A stretch of DNA of 32,000 nucleotides from Geobacter sulfurreducens PCA (GTDB taxonomy: Bacteria; Desulfobacterota; Desulfuromonadia; Geobacterales; Geobacteraceae), in NCBI RefSeq assembly GCF_000007985.2, contig NC_002939.5:1770001-1802000 (forward strand), in the 5' to 3' direction. Each line of letters begins with the position of its first letter. Position 1 is the first letter of the stretch. Below the pieces are notes generated by a model. The model made no database searches. It saw only the letters and a program-made list of their open reading frames with translations, and was not told the origin of the DNA. Shown in pieces: positions 25,131 through 32,000 of the stretch. The translations under genes and the position numbers were made by a program.

Positions 25131-26534
25131 ATGATGAAGCTCTACAGACCAACGGAAGAGTGCGGCATTTTCGGTATCTACGGCCACCCTGAGGCGGCCA
25201 ATCTGACGTACCTGGGCCTTTACGCCCTTCAGCACCGGGGACAGGAAGCCTGCGGCATCGTCTCCTCGGACGGCCGCAGCCTCTACACCCACCGGAGCAT
25301 GGGGCTTGTGGCGGATGTCTTCGGCAATCAGGAAATCTTCGGCAATCTTCCCGGTGAATCCGCCATCGGGCACGTGCGCTACTCCACCACCGGCGACTCG
25401 GTCCTCAAGAACGTGCAGCCCATCAAGGTCGACTACTCCAGGGGCTCCATTGCCATTGCCCACAACGGCAACCTGGTGAACGCCCAGTACATCAAGGACG
25501 AGTTGGAGGCCTGGGGTTCCATTTTCCAGACCACTATGGACACGGAGGTGATCCTCCACCTGCTGGCCACTTCCAAGCATAGTTCCCTGGAGGACCGGAT
25601 CATCGATGCCCTCGGGCGGATCAAGGGGGCCTACTGTCTTCTGTTCCTGACGGAAACCCGCATGGTGGCTGCCCGCGATCCCCACGGCTTCCGCCCCCTC
25701 TGTCTCGGCAAGCTCGGCGATGCCTGGGTGGTTGCGTCCGAGAGCTGTGCCTTGGACCTGATCGAGGCCGAATTTGTCAGGGAGATCGAGCCGGGCGAGA
25801 TCGTGGTCATTACCAAGGACGGGCTCACCTCCCATTTTCCGCATAAGAAGATCGAACCGGCTCCTTGTATTTTCGAGTTCGTCTACTTCGCTCGCCCAGA
25901 TTCGTACATCTTCGGCAAGAACGTCTACCAGGTACGCAAGGACTTCGGGCGCCAACTCTGCCGCGAGCACCGCATCGATGCCGATATCGTCATCCCGGTT
26001 CCCGATTCGGGTGTTCCCGCAGCCCTGGGTTATGCCCAGGAGGCGGGTATTCCCTTTGAGCTCGGGCTTATCCGCAACCATTACGTGGGCCGTACCTTCA
26101 TTGAGCCCCAGCAGTCGATCCGGCATTTTGGTGTCAAGATCAAGCTCAATCCGGTGCGGGAGGTGCTGAAGGGAAAGCGGGTGGTGGTCATCGACGACTC
26201 TATCGTCAGAGGCACCACGTCCCGCAAGATCGTGAAAATGGTACGCAACGCCGGCGCATCCGAGGTTCACGTTCGCATCTCGTCGCCCCCCACGAGCTAT
26301 CCATGCTACTACGGCATTGACACCCCCACCCGCAAAGAACTTATCTCCTCGTCCCATACCATCGAGGAAATCCGCAAGTACATAACCGCCGATTCACTGG
26401 GCTACCTTTCGGAGGAAGGGCTGCTCCAGGCCGTGGGCGCCGGCAGCAATCCCTTCTGCAAAGCCTGTTTCTCCGGCGGCTACCCGATCACATTCCCGCG
26501 CCTCATGGCCGAACCCCAACTGGATCTTTTCTGA
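25131..26534 (+). CDS. purF: Amidophosphoribosyltransferase (4Fe-4S, propeptide type)
   Basis: 467 aa. A short propeptide precedes the N-terminal nucleophile (..[11 protein letters not shown]). PRPP loop [13 protein letters not shown]. Cluster cysteines in [13 protein letters not shown] and CKACFSG. The second ATG, at 25134, fits the GGAGAG SD spacing better. Confidence 0.93.
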   Translation: MMKLYRPTEECGIFGIYGHPEAANLTYLGLYALQHRGQEACGIVSSDGRSLYTHRSMGLVADVFGNQEIFGNLPGESAIGHVRYSTTGDSVLKNVQPIKVDYSRGSIAIAHNGNLVNAQYIKDELEAWGSIFQTTMDTEVILHLLATSKHSSLEDRIIDALGRIKGAYCLLFLTETRMVAARDPHGFRPLCLGKLGDAWVVASESCALDLIEAEFVREIEPGEIVVITKDGLTSHFPHKKIEPAPCIFEFVYFARPDSYIFGKNVYQVRKDFGRQLCREHRIDADIVIPVPDSGVPAALGYAQEAGIPFELGLIRNHYVGRTFIEPQQSIRHFGVKIKLNPVREVLKGKRVVVIDDSIVRGTTSRKIVKMVRNAGASEVHVRISSPPTSYPCYYGIDTPTRKELISSSHTIEEIRKYITADSLGYLSEEGLLQAVGAGSNPFCKACFSGGYPITFPRLMAEPQLDLF

Positions 26535-26551
26535 AAGGAGTGAACCGACCA

Positions 26552-27100
26552 ATGACTGACAAGGACCGACTGAAGCAGATCATCCTGGAGCTGTCCTACG
26601 AAAAGCGGAAAGTAATCCTCGCTTCGGGCCGCGAAAGCGACTTCTATTTCGATGGTAAGCAGACCACCCTCCATGCCGAAGGGGGACTGCTGGTGGGCAA
26701 GCTCTTCTATGAGGCCATCAAGGATGTGGAAGGGGTCCAGGGGGTAGGGGGGATCACCCTCGGCGCCGACCCCATTGCCACGGCAACCTCCATTGCCGCA
26801 TTTCTGGATGGACGCCCGATGCACGCGTTCATCATCCGCAAAGAACCCAAGGGGCACGGCACGGGCCAGTGGCTTGAAGGACGCAAGAATCTTCCTCCCG
26901 GATCAAAGGTGGTCATTGTGGAAGATGTTGTGACCACCGGCGGATCTTCCATGAAAGCCGTCAAGCGGGCTGAAGAGGAAGGGCTCAAGGTACTCTGCAT
27001 CGTTTCCCTGGTTGACCGTGAAGAGGGGGGCCGCGAGAATATCGAACAGGAAGGGTACGAACTCCGGACAATTTTTACCAAGTCCGAGCTGCTGGCTTGA
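26552..27100 (+). CDS. pyrE: Orotate phosphoribosyltransferase
   Basis: LASGRESDFYFDGK and the PRPP motif VVIVEDVVTTGGS. ATG 26552 has AAGGAG 11 nt upstream. The track's GTG at 26540 overlaps that SD sequence. Confidence 0.9.
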   Translation: MTDKDRLKQIILELSYEKRKVILASGRESDFYFDGKQTTLHAEGGLLVGKLFYEAIKDVEGVQGVGGITLGADPIATATSIAAFLDGRPMHAFIIRKEPKGHGTGQWLEGRKNLPPGSKVVIVEDVVTTGGSSMKAVKRAEEEGLKVLCIVSLVDREEGGRENIEQEGYELRTIFTKSELLA

Positions 27101-27131
27101 CAAGGGCCGGCGGCTTCGAAAGCATGAGGAG

Positions 27132-27164
27132 AAGGCAGGCGGGAGTGCACCCGCCTGCCTTTTT
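27132..27164 (+). terminator. Rho-independent terminator of the pur/pyrE operon
   Basis: AAGGCAGGCGGG-agtgca-CCCGCCTGCCTT followed by TTT: a 12-bp stem about 30 nt after the pyrE stop. Confidence 0.85.
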
Positions 27165-27172
27165 AATGGACC

Positions 27173-27871
27173 ATGAAAGAAATTCTCGACCACTACGGCA
27201 GCCTGCTCTCCCGCATCGACGACTGGTTCCGCGCCTGCCTCGACAGTTCGGGCGACCGCATCCGCTGTGCCGACGGCTGTTCGGACTGCTGCCGGGGGCT
27301 CTTCGACATAACGCTCCTGGACGCGGCCTTTCTGCGCCGGGGCTTTGACCGGCTCGATCCGGAGGTACGCGAGCAGGTTCTTGTCCGTTGTCGGGAGCGC
27401 ATCGCAATCCTCAGGCTGGTATGGCCCGAATTCGATCAGCCCTTCATCCTCAATATGCGCCCCGATGATGAGTGGGAAGCACTCATGCCCGATGACGACG
27501 AAACTCCCTGTCCGCTTCTGGATCGACACGGCCGCTGCCTCGTCTACGAGCATCGTCCCATGACCTGCCGCCTGCACGGACTTCCTCTCGTCGACGTTTC
27601 GGGCGAGATTATGCACGATGAATGGTGTACCCTCAACTGCATCGATGCCGATCCTCTGGCCGATCCAGCCCTGCGCGGTGATTTCGACCGAATATTCACC
27701 GAGGAAGTCCGGCTTATCCGGACCTTTGCCGGGCGCCTTCTCGGCCATCCCCTGAGCGAAGTGGACACGTTCATCCCGACCGCCCTTGTCATTGCGTTTG
27801 ACAGCATTAATTGGCTCTCTTGGGGCAACCGTCTCGCCGCATTGTCTCTCTCTGACCCTCGCAGTAAATAA
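27173..27871 (+). CDS. YkgJ-family (CxxCxxCC) cysteine-cluster protein, putative Zn/Fe-binding
   Basis: 232 aa. Contains CADGCSDCCRGLFDITLLD and the second signature PCPLLDRHGRCLVYEHRPMTCRLHG. Confidence 0.75.
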   Translation: MKEILDHYGSLLSRIDDWFRACLDSSGDRIRCADGCSDCCRGLFDITLLDAAFLRRGFDRLDPEVREQVLVRCRERIAILRLVWPEFDQPFILNMRPDDEWEALMPDDDETPCPLLDRHGRCLVYEHRPMTCRLHGLPLVDVSGEIMHDEWCTLNCIDADPLADPALRGDFDRIFTEEVRLIRTFAGRLLGHPLSEVDTFIPTALVIAFDSINWLSWGNRLAALSLSDPRSK

Positions 27872-27896
27872 CTTTCGCTTGAGGTTCATTTTCTTT

Positions 27897-27925
27897 TTGA
27901 CAGCTCTGATGAGCTCTGTTATAAA
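27897..27925 (+). promoter_or_regulatory. Strong sigma70-like promoter of the Rrf2 gene
   Basis: TTGACA (27897-27902), a 17-nt spacer, then TATAAA (27920-27925). It is followed by the inverted repeat AAAAGAC-N7-GTCTTTT (27925-27945) at the predicted +1 region. Confidence 0.6.
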
Positions 27926-27955
27926 AAAGACAAATTCGGTCTTTTAGGGATTGTT

Positions 27956-28369
27956 ATGATGGAATTAACCCGGAAGGGTGAATACGCAATTCGCGGCGTC
28001 ATCTATCTTGCCCAGATTCCACCGGGCACTGTGGCGCTCATCAGCGAGATCGCCGAGGCGACGGACGTCCCCCAGACGTTTCTTGCCAAGATTCTCCAGA
28101 GCTTTGCAAAGATCGGCATTGTAAAATCGTTTCGGGGTGCCGGGGGTGGGTTCATCCTGGGGCGTCACCCGTCGCGCATCACCCTGCGCGAAGTGGTGGA
28201 GGCGGTGGAAGGACCGATCATGCCCAACCGTTGCCTCCTTGGAAGTGGCACCTGCGAGCGGGATAATATCTGCGGCGTTCACCCCGTTTGGCGGAAGGTG
28301 CAAGAAAGAGTCGCCGAAACCCTTGACGCGGTGACCCTCGAAGAGCTGGCCGCTACCACGAAACTCTGA
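27956..28369 (+). CDS. Rrf2-family transcriptional regulator with an Fe-S ligand motif (C93-X6-C100-X5-C106-X2-H109)
   Basis: 137 aa. Begins MMELTRKGEYAIRGVIYLA, with the HTH ISEIAEATDVPQTFLAKILQSFAKIGIVKSFRGAGGGF and the Cys triad NRCLLGSGTCERDNICGVH. Confidence 0.88.
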   Translation: MMELTRKGEYAIRGVIYLAQIPPGTVALISEIAEATDVPQTFLAKILQSFAKIGIVKSFRGAGGGFILGRHPSRITLREVVEAVEGPIMPNRCLLGSGTCERDNICGVHPVWRKVQERVAETLDAVTLEELAATTKL

Positions 28370-28379
28370 AATTTTTTTG

Positions 28380-28391
28380 CCTGTATACAGG
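28380..28391. promoter_or_regulatory. Perfect 12-bp palindrome CCTGTATACAGG, with a half-copy CCTGTAT at 28403-28409; candidate operator
   Basis: Seen directly in the rrf2-cydA intergenic region. Function is unassigned. Confidence 0.3.
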
Positions 28392-28445
28392 ATAAAAATA
28401 GTCCTGTATGGTACTCTTAATAAAACCGCGCCCATTCATGGGCGC

Positions 28446-28476
28446 TTTACATGTGCAGCGGCTGCAGCCGCATAAT
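28446..28476 (+). promoter_or_regulatory. Candidate cydAB promoter with an embedded 14-bp palindrome
   Basis: TTTACA (28446-28451) and CATAAT (28471-28476), with a long 19-nt spacer. The perfect palindrome GCGGCTGCAGCCGC (28458-28471) occupies the spacer. Confidence 0.35.
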
Positions 28477-28512
28477 CACTCTGAAGTACATACTCAAAGG
28501 AGGTAACGGCGA

Positions 28513-29865
28513 ATGGACGTACTAACCCTGAGCAGGCTCCAGTTCGCGGCAACGACAATGTTCCACTTCATTTTCGTGCCGCTCACCCTCGGCCTCTCCG
28601 TCCTCACGGCGTACATGGAAACCCGGTACGTGCGTACGGGTGATGAAACCTATCTGAAAATGGCAAAGTTCTGGGGCAAGCTCTTTCTGATCAACTTTGC
28701 CCTCGGCGTGGTCACCGGCATTACCCAGGAGTTCCAGTTCGGTATGAACTGGGCCGAGTATTCCCGCTACGTGGGTGATATCTTCGGTGCTCCGCTCGCC
28801 ATCGAGGCCACGGTGGCATTCTTCCTGGAGTCGGTCTTTATCGGCGTCTGGATCTTCGGGTGGAACAAAGTGTCGAAGGCGACCCATGCGGTTGCCATCT
28901 GGCTCGTGGCCATCGGTACCAATCTCTCGGCTCTCTGGATTTTGCTGGCCAACGGGTGGATGCAGAAGCCGGTCGGCTACGTGCTGCGCAACGGCCGGGC
29001 CGAAATGGTCGACTTCCTGGCCGTGGTAACCAATCCCTACGGCATCATCAAATTCGTTCACACGCTGACGTCCGGTTACATGGTGGCGGCTTTCTTCGTG
29101 ATGGGGATCTCCGCGTGGCACCTGCTCAGGAAGAACCGTATCGACTTCTTTGTCCGCTCGTTCAGAATGGCAGCCACCTTCGGCTTCGTCGCCGCCATCC
29201 TGGTATTCCTCTCCGGTGACTTCCACGCGGTGGAAATAGCCAAAACTCAGCCCACCAAGTTCGCTGCCATGGAGTCAGTCTGGGAGACCCAGAAAGGGGT
29301 CGGCATGAACCTGATTCTGCTCCCCGACCCGCAGAATGAGTGCAACGCCGTGGAACGGCTCTGTATTCCGAATATGGTGAGCATGCTCGCCTTCCACACC
29401 CCTGACGCCGAGATCAAGGGGCTCAAGGACTTTCCCAAGGAACTGCGTCCGCCGGTGCAGCCCACCTTCTGGAGCTTCCGTCTCATGGTTGGCTTGGGTA
29501 CGTTCATGACACTAGCCGCCCTGGCCGGCGTTATTCTTTCCCGGATGAAGAATCTTGAGAACAGGACCCTCTTCCTGCGCGTGATGCTGCTCGCGCTGCC
29601 GCTCCCGTACATTGCTGCACAACTGGGCTGGATCGTGGCGGAACTGGGCCGTCAGCCCTGGATCGTCTATGGGGTGCTCAAGACGGCCGATGGTGTCTCA
29701 AAGGCCGTGACAACGCCCCAGGTGGTCGGTTCGCTGGTGGGTTTCACGCTGATTTACAGCCTGCTGGGTGCCATCGATATCTACTTGCTGGCCAAGTATG
29801 CCCGCAAGGGACCTGACGACGATCTTTCCGGAATCATTAAGCCTGCGACGGTAAAGGGGGCCTAA
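28513..29865 (+). CDS. cydA: Cytochrome bd ubiquinol oxidase subunit I
   Basis: 450 aa. LSRLQFAATTMFHFIFVPLTLG and GWIVAELGRQPW (the CydA GRQPW motif). AAAGGAGG lies upstream. Confidence 0.95.
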   Translation: MDVLTLSRLQFAATTMFHFIFVPLTLGLSVLTAYMETRYVRTGDETYLKMAKFWGKLFLINFALGVVTGITQEFQFGMNWAEYSRYVGDIFGAPLAIEATVAFFLESVFIGVWIFGWNKVSKATHAVAIWLVAIGTNLSALWILLANGWMQKPVGYVLRNGRAEMVDFLAVVTNPYGIIKFVHTLTSGYMVAAFFVMGISAWHLLRKNRIDFFVRSFRMAATFGFVAAILVFLSGDFHAVEIAKTQPTKFAAMESVWETQKGVGMNLILLPDPQNECNAVERLCIPNMVSMLAFHTPDAEIKGLKDFPKELRPPVQPTFWSFRLMVGLGTFMTLAALAGVILSRMKNLENRTLFLRVMLLALPLPYIAAQLGWIVAELGRQPWIVYGVLKTADGVSKAVTTPQVVGSLVGFTLIYSLLGAIDIYLLAKYARKGPDDDLSGIIKPATVKGA

Positions 29866-29866
29866 C

Positions 29867-30895
<1,029 letters not shown>

Positions 30896-30915
30896 TACGT
30901 CCTTTCCCGCCTTCC

Positions 30916-30958
30916 GTTACCGGAAAGAGCCCATTGGGCGAGGGCTCTTTCCGGTAAC
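30916..30958 (+). terminator. Rho-independent terminator after cydB
   Basis: GTTACCGGAAAGAGCCC-attgggcga-GGGCTCTTTCCGGTAAC, a 17-bp perfect stem, followed by the T-rich TGTTCCTTTTCT. Confidence 0.8.
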
Positions 30959-31176
30959 TGTTCCTTTTCTGTAATCCTGTTTTTCCTGATGCAGCCAACC
31001 TGAAATCCGCCGATATGTTTAGAGACAACGGCTCAGCCACATGAACATCGCATCGGCACGACAATGCGGCGGATAGACGCTTTGCGTACGGTTTTTGTGG
31101 AGAGATTCGGTCAGTTGCTATTACGTTTTGCGACCTGTGGAATGTGCGGGGTTGGAACCATCGAGGACGGGAAGCG

Positions 31177-31205
31177 ATAGGGGGGACGACGACTGTCCCC
31201 CCTAT
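31177..31205 (-). terminator. Hairpin 20 nt after the rubrerythrin-like gene stop (no U-tract)
   Basis: ATAGGGGGGAC-N7-GTCCCCCCTAT, an 11-bp perfect stem. Confidence 0.4.
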
Positions 31206-31224
31206 ACCCGATTGCTGGTGCGTG

Positions 31225-31719
31225 CTATTCCCGAACATAGGTGTCCATGTCGGACTCGTGCACCATGGCCATGAGCCGCGCGTACTCGGACTCTATCATT
31301 TCATAATGGTTACGGGTCTCCCTGGCGTTCAGTTCGAACACCGCGCGTACCTGGGGATCGGCAATACGGGCTGCGGTTTCCCGCAGGGCCTTTTCCAGGC
31401 CCAACTCCTTTTCCATGGCAAGCTCCATTGCCTTCTGCTCGGTAAAGTCGGCATCTATGGTTTTGGCCAGGGATGCCATCCAGTCTGAGGCATGGTCGGG
31501 AGGAGTGTTCAGAAATGCTTCCAGATCCGGGATGTCGTTTCTCTGGTAGATTTTGTGGAAATGCCCGGCGTGTTCACGCTCTTCGCGGGCCAGAAGCTCA
31601 AAAACCTTTACGGCGTCCGGATTTTTCATCCTGCCGGCGCCAAACTGGTAGAAATTCATGGCATTTTTTTCTGTCTGAATGGACTTGAAAATGGCATCCT
31701 GAACATCGATGTCGAACAT
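31225..31719 (-). CDS. Rubrerythrin/ferritin-like di-iron four-helix-bundle protein
   Basis: Start at ATG 31719 (MFDIDVQDAIF...), preceded by AAGGAGG. The track's 31866 start adds 49 low-quality residues that cover the divergent promoter. Ligand pattern: E (QTEKNAMNFY), ExxH (REEREH), E (MEKELGLE), ExxH (RETRNH). Confidence 0.8.
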   Translation of the reverse strand: MFDIDVQDAIFKSIQTEKNAMNFYQFGAGRMKNPDAVKVFELLAREEREHAGHFHKIYQRNDIPDLEAFLNTPPDHASDWMASLAKTIDADFTEQKAMELAMEKELGLEKALRETAARIADPQVRAVFELNARETRNHYEMIESEYARLMAMVHESDMDTYVRE

Positions 31720-31845
31720 GTGCTGCCTCCTTGGGGGCGATGAGAGTAACTGCTTCCGTTTAAACGGTAGCGAACAATGGAGCGATGTCAAACATGATGG
31801 CTGCAGGGGGAGGGGACTCTCTCTCCAGCGGCTAGGAGTGGTCAG

Positions 31846-32000
31846 ATGACGGATGAACAGAGACAATGCCCGTATCCTGTGCTCATAGCCGAGGATAATG
31901 CCCTACTGAGAGCGGTCCTCGAGGGGAATCTGCGCGAGATCGGGTACGACGTGGTTGTTGCCATTGACGGCAAGGATGCTCTCGCGCGTATTCAAAGTGG
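31846..32000 (+). CDS. Response regulator receiver domain, N-terminal fragment (continues beyond the window)
   Basis: An ATG at 31846 follows TAGGAG with 7 nt of spacing. MTDEQRQCPYPVLIAEDNALLRAVLEGNLREIGYDVVVAIDGKDALARIQS is a typical REC beta1-alpha1-beta2 start. It is open at the window end, so it is absent from the ORF track. Confidence 0.75.
   Translation, partial: MTDEQRQCPYPVLIAEDNALLRAVLEGNLREIGYDVVVAIDGKDALARIQS

Noticed and set aside
24729-26357. 542-aa minus-strand ORF, the second-longest non-annotated ORF in the track
   Set aside because: It lies entirely antisense to purQ/purF, whose products carry diagnostic motifs. Its composition (rich in Gly, Asp, Arg, Val, His and Leu) is typical of shadow ORFs on the complement of high-GC3 genes. 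There is no SD sequence and no motif.
31055-31067. Sigma54-like GGCACG-N4-TGC element in the cydB/rubrerythrin intergenic region
   Set aside because: The GG-to-GC spacing is one nucleotide shorter than the TGGCAC-N5-TTGC consensus, and no gene lies downstream in that orientation.
30960-31176. ~215-bp unassigned intergenic stretch with an 8-bp long-range pairing (ATCCGCCG 31005-31012 with CGGCGGAT 31067-31074) and a small hairpin plus T5 near 31077-31096: possible sRNA
   Set aside because: The putative terminator stem is only 4 bp, I found no convincing promoter, and I cannot test conservation. The evidence is insufficient to call an RNA gene.

Overview
This is a high-GC bacterial chromosome segment; two 100-nt hand counts in coding sequence gave 57% and 49% G+C. 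Gene content and order are most consistent with a Geobacter/Desulfuromonadales genome (G. sulfurreducens-like). That assignment is an inference from a Geobacter-type LexA box and from synteny as I recall it. The window is densely packed with core genes. I see no transposase, integrase, phage gene, CRISPR array, toxin-antitoxin pair or recognisable defence gene. Gene order is as follows. (1) dinB (partial) and lexA on the minus strand, with a perfect 18-bp LexA operator. (2) A stand-alone cheY plus a CheX-type phosphatase that carries four tandem MshEN-like repeats. (3) A lactate-utilisation island: lutC and a lutB-lutA fusion, transcribed divergently from lctP-glcD-glcF-gntR, with repeated GntR-type operator motifs in the shared promoter region. 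(4) tRNA-Leu(GAG), secG, tpiA, pgk and gap on the minus strand. (5) An orphan HAMP-PAS histidine kinase and a YycJ/WalJ-like metallo-beta-lactamase-fold hydrolase. (6) purB, mscS, purS-purS-purL fusion, purQ, purF and pyrE. (7) A ykgJ-type Cys-cluster protein, an Fe-S-type Rrf2 regulator with cydAB, a rubrerythrin-like protein, and the start of a response regulator. I cannot support the presence of a new multi-gene system here. The most novel-looking item is the MshEN(x4)-CheX fusion next to CheY, a candidate c-di-GMP-gated CheY-P phosphatase. The remaining findings are regulatory sites and unusual domain architectures in otherwise ordinary housekeeping loci. Many long ORFs in the supplied track are antisense shadow ORFs typical of high-GC DNA and are rejected.
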